DNA from: Thermodesulfobacteriota bacterium
GTDB taxonomy: Bacteria > Desulfobacterota > Desulfobaccia > Desulfobaccales > 0-14-0-80-60-11
NCBI GenBank assembly: GCA_040757175.1
Contig: JBFLXM010000012.1
Location: 15,806-79,805 of the forward strand
Length of the DNA: 64,000 bases
Reading direction: 5' to 3'
Shown in pieces: positions 16,608 through 25,845 of this stretch. Each line of letters begins with the position of its first letter. Position 1 is the first letter of the stretch. The position numbers were made by a program, and so were the translations under genes. The notes under the pieces were generated by a model that saw nothing but the letters and a program-made list of their open reading frames with translations, did not search any database and was not told where the DNA came from.

Positions 16608-17334
16608 GGGAATAATGAAGTGCACCGGTATTCTTTGCCTGGCGGGGTTCGCCTCCTTGCTGGCGGCCCCGGTGGCGGCCCAGAAGTCCTTGCCGGACGT
16701 GGGGCTGATCACCAAACTTACCGGGGCAGCCACCTACTGGAATCAAGGGGATAACCAGGAACCGGCCAAGGTGCGGGCCTTTATGAAGGTCCGCCAGGGC
16801 GACCACCTGCAGTTGGCGGCGGCTGCTTCGCTGACGATCCTCTACTTTGCCAGCGGCCGGCAGGAGACCTGGAGGGAACCGGTAATTTTCCTGGCCGGCG
16901 AGGGAGAGAGCAAGGTCTTGGACGGCAAGCAGCCGGCCCCCCAGCCGGAGGTGAAAATCTTACCCACCAAAGCCAGCAAGCAGATGAGGGGGACGCCGCT
17001 GCCCCTAGCCCCTGCCGCCATGGGTAAATCAGGGGTCATTCAGACCATGGGGCCCAAATGCGAGCCCGCGGCCAAGGCTACGGCGCCGCTCTCCAGTGCG
17101 GCTCAAAGCAAAATCAAGGAAGCCGAGAAGGTCTATCTGGATTTAAAGAAAGGCGCCGCCGCCGACGATGTCACGCCGGAATTGTATTTCTTCAGCGTCC
17201 TGGCCGAGTACCGGCAGTTTCCGGAAATGACGAAGATGGTGGACGCCATGTTGGCCAAAAGGCCGGGAGACGCAGCCCTGAAAGACCTGAAGGCCTGTGT
17301 CCGGGACCAAGCGCTGAAAGGGGCGCAGCCCTAA
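16597..17334 (+). CDS. Exported hypothetical protein, N-terminal half FecR-like
   Basis: Signal peptide (CTGILCLAGFASLLAAPVAA). VGLITKLTG..MKVRQGDHLQL..ASLTIL resembles the FecR N-terminal pattern. Start overlaps the cyclase stop. Confidence 0.65.
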   Translation: MKIKGIMKCTGILCLAGFASLLAAPVAAQKSLPDVGLITKLTGAATYWNQGDNQEPAKVRAFMKVRQGDHLQLAAAASLTILYFASGRQETWREPVIFLAGEGESKVLDGKQPAPQPEVKILPTKASKQMRGTPLPLAPAAMGKSGVIQTMGPKCEPAAKATAPLSSAAQSKIKEAEKVYLDLKKGAAADDVTPELYFFSVLAEYRQFPEMTKMVDAMLAKRPGDAALKDLKACVRDQALKGAQP

Positions 17335-17379
17335 TGACGCAAGGGGTTGATCCTCTTAGATAAAGCCTGGGAGGCTGTT

Positions 17380-20010
17380 ATGCGTAAACTCACCGCTGCC
17401 TGTCTGTGGGTCCTGATCGCCGCCTTGACGGCCGCCCCCGGGTGGGCTGAGAAAAAAGGCGCGCGTCCTCCTGCCTCCTCTCTGTCTGAGGAGGACTCGA
17501 GTTCGGCCCAAACCGGGGATGTGCCGGAAGCCGGGGAATTAATGAAACAGGGCCGGGCCCTGGAGGCCGCGGGTCATAACTATAAGGCCCTGTCCTTATA
17601 CGAGCGGGCCCTGCAGCTCCGGGAGAAGACCCTGGGACCGGACCACCCCCTCACCGCGGCCAGCATGGCCCGTTTGGCGAGGCTTTATTCCCTCCTGAGT
17701 TTCTTTGACAAGGGCCTGCCCCTGGCCCAGCAATCCTTAAGGATCAGGGAGAAGAACCTGGGGCCCGAAAATCCCCAAACCGCCCAAAGCCTGATGATCC
17801 TGGGGTTCCTCTACGGGCAGATGGGGGCCCAGGACAAGGGCCTGCAAATGACTCAGCAAGCCCTGCGGATCAGTGAAAAGGCCTTAGGCCCGGAACACCC
17901 GCGCACCGCGGCCGCCCTCCACAACCTGGCAGTCCTTCATGCGCAGATGGGGGCCTATGACCAGGCCCTCCCCTTGGCCCAGCGCGCCGCCCGGATTAGA
18001 GAACAGGCGTTGGGACTCCAAGACCTGCGCACCGCGGGCAGTCTCACCAACCTGGGATATCTCTATCTGCTCAAAAAAGATTACAGCCAGGCGGAATCTT
18101 GTTTCCGCCGGGCCTTGCCGGTGAAGGGCGACCACGGCCTGGTGGAACTTTATCTGGCCCAAGGACAGTATGAATCCGCCCTAAACGCCTTAACCCGCCA
18201 CGCTCCCAAGGCGTGGTACCGGCCTCAATACCAGGCCTTGTACTATACTCAGAAGGGCTTGGCGCTGCAGGGTTTGGGGCAATGGCAAGAGGCCTATCCC
18301 GCCTTTCTGGAAGCCATTAAAAACATCGAAGGGCTGCGGGGCCGCACCTCCGGGGAGCGTACCGGTTTCTTCGAGTCCGGACTCCTGGGCGGTTATTCCC
18401 GGGCCTATCGGGGCCTGGTGGAGGTCCTGGCGCAGATGGCCCAAAAGGGGGAGCCCCTTCCCCAAGCCCTGCAAACCTACGGACCGGATGCCGGGGCTGC
18501 GGCCTTTTATTTTGCCGAGTCCATCAAGGCCCGCTCCCTGCTGGAGGCAATGGCGGCCGGGGCCGCCCGGGAGAGCTTCCAATTGCCCCCGGATCTGGCG
18601 GCCCGGGAAAAGAGCCTCCAGGAGCGCCTGGCGGCCCTGGAAGCCCAGAGGCCGGAACGCTTACAGGAACGGGGCAAAGGCTGGGACCGGCAAGAACAAC
18701 CTGCGGAGCAATTCCATCTGGAAATTGAAACATTGCAGAAAAAACAACAGGAGTTAGTGGCGGAATTGCGGCGCCGGCAGCCCCGCTATGCCGCCCTGCG
18801 TTATCCCCAACCTTATAAGGCCCAGGAACTGCCGCTAAAACCGGGAGAAGTGCTCGTGGAGTATGCCCTGGGTGATAAGCAGAGCTATCTTTTTAGGGTG
18901 GAGCCCGGCGGCAAGACCCAGGTCTTCCGTATCCCCCTGGGGCAAGAGGCCTTGGAAAAACGCCTGGGCGCCATACTGTCCCCATTCCGGCAGGACGTGT
19001 TGCGGCGGGAAGATTTGTCCCGGTTTTCTGTCAGCGAGGCGGCCAAACTGTATGGAGAATTGCTGAAGCCGGCCCTGGCCGGGGTGGCGCCGAAAACCCA
19101 CCTGATCATCGTGCCGGATGGGGTGCTGGGGGCCTTCCCCTTTGAGGCCCTGGCAGTGGAGGCGGGGCCGGGTTGGGATAAGAGCGTCCTGGTGGGGGAC
19201 CGCTGGGCGGTTTCCTACTCCCAGTCGGCTGCCATCCTGGTCCTGAACCGCCATCTCGGGGCCACTCACGCCTCCAAAGCGCTGTTTGCCCTGGGGGACC
19301 CCATCTTTGACCAAGCCAGCAGCCGCTATCTGGCCTTTAAGTCCGGGAAGGAGAAGGCGGGGGAACTGAAATCCACCGGGCCGGAGAAAGCCCTCACCAT
19401 GTCGGCCAGCGGCGTCCGGGGGGGCCGCCTCGTATTTCCGCCCCTGCCCGAGACCCGGAAGACGGTGGAGGATCTGGCCGGCCTGTTCGGGGAGCCGGTG
19501 CGGCCTCCCGGCATCCTGCTGGACGTACAGGCCACCGAGACCCGGGTGCGCCACACCCCCTTGGCTCAGTATCGCTATCTGTTTTTCGGCACCCATGGGT
19601 TTATGGCGGACAACCTGGCCGGGGTGCGGGAGCCGACCCTGGTGCTGACCCAGGTGGAGAATAAGCCGCCCGACAACGGTTTTCTCACCTTTAGCAAGGT
19701 CATGCACCTCAAGCTGGACGCCGATCTGGTCACCCTGGCCGCCTGTATGACCGGGGTGGGCCAGGTGATGCAGGGGGAGGGGGTGCTCAACTTCGCACGG
19801 GCCTTCCAACAGGCCGGGTCCCGGAGCGTTATGGTGTCCCTGTGGAACATCCCGGTGGATGAATCTTTGAAGTTTTATGCGGCGTTTTATAAAGCCTTAA
19901 AGGAGGGAAAGCCCAAGATTGAGGCGTTAAAGGCCGCCCGCCAGGTAGTGCGCTCCAAAGAACCCCATCCCTATTTCTGGTCCGGCCTCATCCTCCACGG
20001 AGAAGGATGA
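17380..20010 (+). CDS. Exported TPR + CHAT (caspase HetF-associated) protease
   Basis: Signal peptide MRKLTAACLWVLIAALTAAPGWA, kinesin-light-chain-type TPRs (LGPDHPLTAASM), IVPDGVLGAFPFEAL, catalytic His (FFGTHG) and Cys (TLAAC), HPYFWSG. Confidence 0.92.
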   Translation: MRKLTAACLWVLIAALTAAPGWAEKKGARPPASSLSEEDSSSAQTGDVPEAGELMKQGRALEAAGHNYKALSLYERALQLREKTLGPDHPLTAASMARLARLYSLLSFFDKGLPLAQQSLRIREKNLGPENPQTAQSLMILGFLYGQMGAQDKGLQMTQQALRISEKALGPEHPRTAAALHNLAVLHAQMGAYDQALPLAQRAARIREQALGLQDLRTAGSLTNLGYLYLLKKDYSQAESCFRRALPVKGDHGLVELYLAQGQYESALNALTRHAPKAWYRPQYQALYYTQKGLALQGLGQWQEAYPAFLEAIKNIEGLRGRTSGERTGFFESGLLGGYSRAYRGLVEVLAQMAQKGEPLPQALQTYGPDAGAAAFYFAESIKARSLLEAMAAGAARESFQLPPDLAAREKSLQERLAALEAQRPERLQERGKGWDRQEQPAEQFHLEIETLQKKQQELVAELRRRQPRYAALRYPQPYKAQELPLKPGEVLVEYALGDKQSYLFRVEPGGKTQVFRIPLGQEALEKRLGAILSPFRQDVLRREDLSRFSVSEAAKLYGELLKPALAGVAPKTHLIIVPDGVLGAFPFEALAVEAGPGWDKSVLVGDRWAVSYSQSAAILVLNRHLGATHASKALFALGDPIFDQASSRYLAFKSGKEKAGELKSTGPEKALTMSASGVRGGRLVFPPLPETRKTVEDLAGLFGEPVRPPGILLDVQATETRVRHTPLAQYRYLFFGTHGFMADNLAGVREPTLVLTQVENKPPDNGFLTFSKVMHLKLDADLVTLAACMTGVGQVMQGEGVLNFARAFQQAGSRSVMVSLWNIPVDESLKFYAAFYKALKEGKPKIEALKAARQVVRSKEPHPYFWSGLILHGEG

Positions 20011-20097
20011 GTACCATCGATTCCGTAATTTTATGTTATGATGCTTTCCAAGGGAAGGGTTGATTGCGGTTATCAAGTCGAGGCGTGAGATAAAGAT

Positions 20098-20925
20098 ATG
20101 GAGATCTGCCCGGCGCTGGTCTGTCCCGCCAGATGGGATAAATTGATGGTCTGCACCGATGGTTCCCCCTCGGGGCAGAACGCCGTGGCCGTTACCCTGG
20201 AATTGGCCCAGGCTTGCGGCAGCCTGGTCCATGTCGTCCAGGTGCTGGAAGTCGGTTCGGAATATCAGGCGGCCGCAGAAGTGCAGAAAAATATGGAGGC
20301 CATTAAGGACGCAGCCGCTAAGCTAGGGGTAGGTATGCAGCCGGTGGTGCTCCAGGGACCGGTGACGCATGCCGCCATCCTGTCGGCAGCCGCGAAGATT
20401 TCCCCGGACTTGGTGATCATGGGCCGGCGTGGAAAAACCGCCTTGGACCGCATTTTAATGGGAAGTGTCACCGCCCAGGTTATTGGCCACAGCCCCGGGA
20501 ACGTTATGGTCGTGCCCCGGGGGGCGGCGGTGTGTTTCCAGCGCCTGCTGGTGGCCTTGGATGGATCTCCTTCCAGCGAGAGGGCCTGGAAACTCGGCCT
20601 GGCTATGGCCAAACAGGCCCGGAGCCAATTGCTCGGGGTGGCGGTGGCCCCAAAGAAAGGTGATATCCTCGAAGCCCAGGCCATCATTCAGAAGATGCTC
20701 ACCGCCGCCAAGCAGAGCGGCATTTCTTTAAAATATGTAAAGGGGATTTCTCCCAGGGGAGTCGTTCCTGTTATTGGCATCGTTCAACAGGCCATTAACC
20801 ATGAGGTTGACTTGATTATTATGGGCAGCCATGGCCGCACCGGTTTGAAGAAACTCCTCATGGGGAGCACCACGGAGAAGGTCATCGGTAATGCCCCTTG
20901 CCCGGTTTTAGTAGTAAAAATCTGA
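20098..20925 (+). CDS. Tandem-domain universal stress protein
   Basis: Two USP units: LMVCTDGS..DLVIMGRRG..LMGSVT and LLVALDGS..DLIIMGSHGRTGLKKLLMGSTTEKV. Confidence 0.93.
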   Translation: MEICPALVCPARWDKLMVCTDGSPSGQNAVAVTLELAQACGSLVHVVQVLEVGSEYQAAAEVQKNMEAIKDAAAKLGVGMQPVVLQGPVTHAAILSAAAKISPDLVIMGRRGKTALDRILMGSVTAQVIGHSPGNVMVVPRGAAVCFQRLLVALDGSPSSERAWKLGLAMAKQARSQLLGVAVAPKKGDILEAQAIIQKMLTAAKQSGISLKYVKGISPRGVVPVIGIVQQAINHEVDLIIMGSHGRTGLKKLLMGSTTEKVIGNAPCPVLVVKI

Positions 20926-21159
20926 ACTCCCACTGCCTCCAGTGAGCCCCGCCACGTTTTTGATCCAGGCTGTAATTGGCAAATCCCTGGGTCTTGAAAA
21001 AACCATCGAACCTGGAAGTAACCAAAAACATTTTATTGGGAAAAAATTTATCCTGGTAAACGCTTCTTCCCAGGCAGCAGGCCCGGGATAAAGGGCGGTA
21101 CCTGCCGCTTTGCAGACCATTTCCTTAAGGGCAGGGTTATGGCAATTACTCCAGACTTT

Positions 21160-21261
21160 ATACCATGTTCGCATTGTAGGGGCGGGTTTTAAACCCGCCC
21201 CTACAAGTGATATCAATATGTTAGCATGTTAGTTTGTTTCATTTCAAAACGAACTTGGTAT
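21160..21261. mobile_element. ~100-bp MITE-like element with terminal inverted repeats and an internal GTAG-type REP
   Basis: TIRs ATACCATGTTCG (21160-21171) and CGAACTTGGTAT (21250-21261), 11/12 complementary. Internal palindrome GTAGGGGCGGGTTT-T-AAACCCGCCCCTAC at 21176-21204. Confidence 0.6.
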
Positions 21262-21287
21262 TAGTCGTTCCCCCTTGCCAGAAGATG

Positions 21288-21713
21288 TTAATGATTTTCC
21301 TTGAGATTCTGGATTTCTCCCTCTGCGGCCGCTAATTTCGCGGTCAGGATCGCCACGTCGGACATCAGGTTCTGCACCATTTCAAAGGTGGACCGCAACA
21401 ACTGACAAGCCTGGTTTTGCAGCATTAACAAGGTTTTTACTTCCCGTTCCAGTTCGCCCATGATGGACTCTTTGGGGATCTGCTCCTTGCGGTTCAAGAT
21501 GGCGGTGATTTCCTCGCTGCTGCAGCCTTGCTGGCAAAGTTCACCGATCAGGGTGACAGCCTCCACCGCTGCCGGGGGGTATTTAATAATATCGCCGAAA
21601 TTCCTGGGGGCCAGAAATTCACCAAACTTCTTGACTATCCGCCGCGCCTCAATATCGCTGAAATTGCTCTTTTGCACCACTTCGGTGATTGTCAGCCAAT
21701 TATTGTTGCCCAT
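21288..21713 (-). CDS. Hypothetical protein with N-terminal MerR-like HTH and C-terminal coiled coil
   Basis: WLTITEVVQKSNFSDIEARRIVKKFGEF..KYP pattern followed by heptad-rich helices. Confidence 0.6.
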   Translation of the reverse strand: MGNNNWLTITEVVQKSNFSDIEARRIVKKFGEFLAPRNFGDIIKYPPAAVEAVTLIGELCQQGCSSEEITAILNRKEQIPKESIMGELEREVKTLLMLQNQACQLLRSTFEMVQNLMSDVAILTAKLAAAEGEIQNLKENH

Positions 21714-22004
21714 ATCCCTAACCTTTCCCAGCGGCGGAGAAATCCGCCCGATTTTTCAACCCCGAAATAGCCTGGGGCATATTGGTGTCCTCAGCGCTGA
21801 CTTGATTTTCAAGCCTTCCCGGTTCGGGATGACGAGTAATTATCCTGCGCCAAGTAAGGTCAACTTGCGCCACTTACCCTGAGCTTAACGCGTTCAGTAC
21901 CGGTTCTGGGTCACCACTCTTTTCCCGGTTAAGGGGAGGCTTTCCCCCGGCCTGGCCGCAGCCTCTGCCGGGGGAAAATCATCGTTCTGCAGCTCTCTCC
22001 AGGA

Positions 22005-22517
22005 TTAATGCAGTTCTTCCAAGCCGGCCAGTTGCTCCCCGGTCAAGATGCAGTCAATATCCAGAAGGATCTTGACTCCCCCCGCGATCTTGGCCATGCC
22101 TTTGATAAAGCCGGTATGCCTGCCATCCCCGAAATCCGGGGCCCCTTCAATCTCTCCCCCCTTGATGTTGGCCACCTCAGAGACGCCATCCACCACCAGG
22201 CCCATCGTCAATAACCTGGAACCATTTTCGATCTCCACCACGATAATGCAGGTGCGCTCCGTGTAATCCGTGATTTCCAGGCCGAATTTCATTCTGAGGT
22301 CCGTAACCGGGATCACTTTGCCCCGGAGATTAATGACCCCCTTGATAAACGCAGGTGTCTGCGGCACCGCGGTAATCGGCATCATGCCGATGATCTCTCT
22401 GATTTTGAGAATACCGATGCCATATTCCTCCTGCCCCAGGGCAAAGGTGAGATATTTGCCGGCTTGGCCAACCGACTCCTGGGTTTCCTCCAGGTTAATG
22501 ATCTTATGTGCTTCCAT
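22005..22517 (-). CDS. cheW: Chemotaxis coupling protein CheW
   Basis: YLTFALGQEEYGI, ITAVPQTPAFIKGVINLRGKVIPV, MGLVVDGVSEV. Shine-Dalgarno GAGGAG before ATG 22517. Confidence 0.95.
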   Translation of the reverse strand: MEAHKIINLEETQESVGQAGKYLTFALGQEEYGIGILKIREIIGMMPITAVPQTPAFIKGVINLRGKVIPVTDLRMKFGLEITDYTERTCIIVVEIENGSRLLTMGLVVDGVSEVANIKGGEIEGAPDFGDGRHTGFIKGMAKIAGGVKILLDIDCILTGEQLAGLEELH

Positions 22518-22634
22518 CGCCTTTATCTCCTCGTGAACGATAGGGTCCAACCTCTGATAATCTTGGAGAATTGGGGAAATTGGCCGCTTGGCTCAGCCAA
22601 TCTCCCCTTTACCTGGGAAGGCGATTAACCAGGG

Positions 22635-24275
22635 TTAAAAATCCTTAAAATTGCCTTCATCCAAGGGAATGAGCTGTTCCGGGGAGATCTTTTTGCCGCC
22701 CGCCCCTCTGGCTGCCCCGCCGCCGGCCCCCAACAACTTTACGCCCGGCTGCGGGATCTTAACTTTAGAGCCTTTGCCGGCACGGCTGAACACCTTGCGG
22801 GCCAGGGAACCATTGCCCCCATATACGTGCCCGGATTGGTTATTACCACCTATCACAGTGCTTAAATCCTCCACGTAGCCCTTCATCTGCTCTGCCTGGG
22901 CATTCAACTCCTCCGAGGCGCTGGCGCTTTCCTCGGCATTGGCGGCCACCTGCTGGGTCACCTGGTTCATCTCATTGATGGCCTTGTTGATTTGGTCCAC
23001 ACCCTGGGACTGTTCCCCGGAAGCCGCGGAAATCTCCCCCACCAGTTCCTTCATCTTGGTGGAGCTGGAGGCTACCTGGGAAAAGGCCTCCGCGGTCCTG
23101 CCCACCAGTTCCGAACCTTCCTTTACCTTGGTCACCGTGCCTTCGATGAGATTGGCGGTATTCTTGGCCGCCTCGGCCGCTCGCATGGCCAGGTTGCGCA
23201 CCTCATCCGCCACCACCGCGAAACCGGCCCCCGCCTCCCCGGCCCGGGCCGCCTCCACCGCCGCGTTCAGGGCCAAAAGGTTGGTCTGGAAGGCGATCTC
23301 GTCAATGGTCTTGATGATCTTGGCGGTCTCTTCGCTGGCCGCGGATACCTCCTTCATGGACTGGGTCAAGGCGGTCATGGACTCGTTGGCCTGGGTTACC
23401 ACCCGGCTGGATTCGCCCATCAGACTGTTGGCTTCGTTGGCGTTGCTGGCGTTGGTCTTGGTCATGGAGGCCATTTCTTCCATGGACGCGGTGGTCTCCT
23501 CCAAAGACGCGGCCTGCTCCGAGGCTCCCTGGGCCAGGGATTGGCTGGCGGAAGACACCTGCACCGCGGCCGAGGAGACCTGTTCCGCGCCCTCATTTAA
23601 GCTGGCGATAATGCGGTTAATGGGCCGGGTGATGGACAGGCTCAAAATGAGTCCCAGGGCCAGGGCCACTACCGCGCCCAAGATCATGATGGAGACGGCC
23701 AAGGTCAGGACCCGGCTGGACTGCGCCTCTGTACCCTTTTTTACTTCCCTGGCATGCTGTTCCGCCTTGGGGCCGATTTCCTCCAGGAGTTTCTGGACGG
23801 AGTTCAGCTCCTTGATGACATTCCCTTGATAAAAAGTAACGGCTTCAGCCCGGTGCTCCTTGCCTTTCTTCAGGAGCTGCTCCAGTCCCTTGGCCGATTC
23901 ATGGAGCCGCCGGTGGGGTTCATCCACCTGTTGCAGCAAAGATTTGATTTCCGGAATCTCCTCTTCCGCCTTTTTTCTTTCAGCGCCGTAATACCATTTA
24001 CCGAAGGCGCATTTGGTGTGGTCCTTTTCTACGGCCAAGTCCGTCTGGTTTTCATTGCGTTGGAACTCCCCTACCTTCCGGGCCCAATTCAGGTGATCGA
24101 TCTCCCGGCCCAGGATGTTTTTCGCCACCCCATCAATGAAGCTCATCTTTTCACTGGCTGCTAGGGTGTTGTTGATGCCTTTCCAGCCCATGAAGCCGAC
24201 AACCAAAGTAATAAGGGCGACAATCACAAAACCACCGATCAGCTTGACGCTGAGCCGCAAATTCTTGAAAAACAT
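22635..24275 (-). CDS. Methyl-accepting chemotaxis protein with a CZB zinc-binding domain between TM1 and TM2
   Basis: TM1, [23 protein letters not shown] (CZB ligands), TM2, signalling hairpin [34 protein letters not shown]. Confidence 0.93.
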   Translation of the reverse strand: MFFKNLRLSVKLIGGFVIVALITLVVGFMGWKGINNTLAASEKMSFIDGVAKNILGREIDHLNWARKVGEFQRNENQTDLAVEKDHTKCAFGKWYYGAERKKAEEEIPEIKSLLQQVDEPHRRLHESAKGLEQLLKKGKEHRAEAVTFYQGNVIKELNSVQKLLEEIGPKAEQHAREVKKGTEAQSSRVLTLAVSIMILGAVVALALGLILSLSITRPINRIIASLNEGAEQVSSAAVQVSSASQSLAQGASEQAASLEETTASMEEMASMTKTNASNANEANSLMGESSRVVTQANESMTALTQSMKEVSAASEETAKIIKTIDEIAFQTNLLALNAAVEAARAGEAGAGFAVVADEVRNLAMRAAEAAKNTANLIEGTVTKVKEGSELVGRTAEAFSQVASSSTKMKELVGEISAASGEQSQGVDQINKAINEMNQVTQQVAANAEESASASEELNAQAEQMKGYVEDLSTVIGGNNQSGHVYGGNGSLARKVFSRAGKGSKVKIPQPGVKLLGAGGGAARGAGGKKISPEQLIPLDEGNFKDF

Positions 24276-24366
24276 AGTGCATCTCCTGTATGATTTATTG
24301 TGTAAATTAACGTGACTCTCGACCATTTACAGTATCGGTAAATTTACTTTCACCTTTGGACCGGGT

Positions 24367-25533
24367 TTACAATTTATTTAATTGTCGAGTTAATTTATAC
24401 CTCCCCCTTTCTACAGCAACGCCAGGTGTTAATAAAGGTATGGTTATTTCCACGCTTGTGCCCCTGCCAATTTCGTTTATAGTCTTAATAGTTGCACCAA
24501 TTGTACGACTTAAGATATCGACAATCTGTGGTCCCAAGCAATTTCCGAAGGGTTGGGTAGTGAATCCTCCCATCGTTACGTCATCCAGGATATCTGGTAT
24601 CATACCCCGGCTGTTGTCAGCTATTTTGATTTTGACAGAAGAGCTTTCTTTATTGATGTATAGATTTAATATCTTATCTCCTTTATATTTATCTTTTAAT
24701 TCTTGAATTATATTATAAAAAGTGTTGTCGATAATATCGTATAAATATTCAGGATATGTTGTGACGTTATTATGTTCCCCATACCACTTATATAACTTGA
24801 TATGTTCATTTTTAAGAATATCGATATATTTTATAATAACTCTATCTACCAAAGCGGCAACATCAATTGACTCTGCATTTATTTTGCCGGGTTCACATGT
24901 AAAAGTAACTTCTTTAGTTAATTTCATCATCTCATCGATGCCGCCAATAATATTATCAAATCTCTTTGTAAGCTGACTGCTATTGCCCAATTCCAAGAGG
25001 CCCATATCGGCATTTCCTACCATCCCCTGCAAAACGTTATTCATCCTATGAGTTATTTTTCTCAGTAAAGCTTCATGTTTTGCATTTAGATGCTGCCGTA
25101 TCTCTTCCAGAGTTTTACCGTCCATCTGGGGCCCGTGGCTTTGTCTTGGGCGTTTTTCCAGCAACTTAATGAGAGATTGGGCCACCGTGTGGCCATTGAA
25201 GGGCTTCAGAATAAAATCATGGATACCGGTCTTAATGGCGGCGAGGGCCACTTCCATATCGCCGTGGGCCGTAATGAGAACTTTCAAGACCGGCAAATCG
25301 CGACGGTGCAATTCCTGAAAAAAGGCGAGACCGTCCATACCTGGCAGGCGGTAGTCGCACAGGACGATATCGCAGGTTTCCGTCCGCAGGTGGTCCAGGG
25401 CCTGTTCCGCGGTTTCCAGGGCCTTAAAGGAACCGACTTTGTTGCGAAAAAAATAGGAGAGGGAGAGACGAATGCTCTGGTCATCATCAACCAACAAGAC
25501 CCTTTGTTCCTTCATCATCTCTTTGTTGGTCAT
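24367..25533 (-). CDS. Response-regulator receiver fused to a degenerate histidine kinase
   Basis: REC (VLLVDDD, CDYRLPG, ILKPF), H-box THRMNN, altered ATP-lid motifs (ADNSRG, FTTQPFGNCLGP). Confidence 0.75.
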   Translation of the reverse strand: MTNKEMMKEQRVLLVDDDQSIRLSLSYFFRNKVGSFKALETAEQALDHLRTETCDIVLCDYRLPGMDGLAFFQELHRRDLPVLKVLITAHGDMEVALAAIKTGIHDFILKPFNGHTVAQSLIKLLEKRPRQSHGPQMDGKTLEEIRQHLNAKHEALLRKITHRMNNVLQGMVGNADMGLLELGNSSQLTKRFDNIIGGIDEMMKLTKEVTFTCEPGKINAESIDVAALVDRVIIKYIDILKNEHIKLYKWYGEHNNVTTYPEYLYDIIDNTFYNIIQELKDKYKGDKILNLYINKESSSVKIKIADNSRGMIPDILDDVTMGGFTTQPFGNCLGPQIVDILSRTIGATIKTINEIGRGTSVEITIPLLTPGVAVERGRYKLTRQLNKL

Positions 25534-25575
25534 CTTCTTGGTCCCTTTGGTGGAATGGGTGGTCAACTCCCCCAT

Positions 25576-25591
25576 TGCCAGTCCTGTGCCA
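25576..25591 (-). promoter_or_regulatory. Candidate sigma-54 (-24/-12) promoter
   Basis: Minus strand TGGCACAGGACTGGCA = GG-N10-GC, one mismatch to TGGCAC-N5-TTGCA, 42 bp upstream of ATG 25533 and downstream of an NtrC-type activator gene. Confidence 0.65.
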
Positions 25592-25668
25592 GGAATCGCA
25601 GAAATATTATTGATGTAATATCAGGAAGTTACATAGTGACAGCCAGAAGGGCGCGCCTATCTCCGAAC

Positions 25669-25717
25669 CGCAGTGGGCCAAATGGCCAAAGGCAAATAGG
25701 CCAAATGGCCCACTGCG
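25669..25717. promoter_or_regulatory. Candidate enhancer (UAS) for a sigma-54 activator, or a terminator hairpin
   Basis: 12-bp perfect inverted arms CGCAGTGGGCCA / TGGCCCACTGCG enclosing two copies of GGCCAAATGGCC (25676-25687, 25699-25710). Confidence 0.5.
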
Positions 25718-25845
25718 GGACAAGCCTCGCCCCACCCGGCCCAAGGAGGGCTTGCAGATTGGCTGAGAATGGGGAGATCTGAAAAATGGCGGGTTCCCGG
25801 GATGAATAGCCCGGGAAATTCAAATAAATCGGTAAAGGTTGGGAA

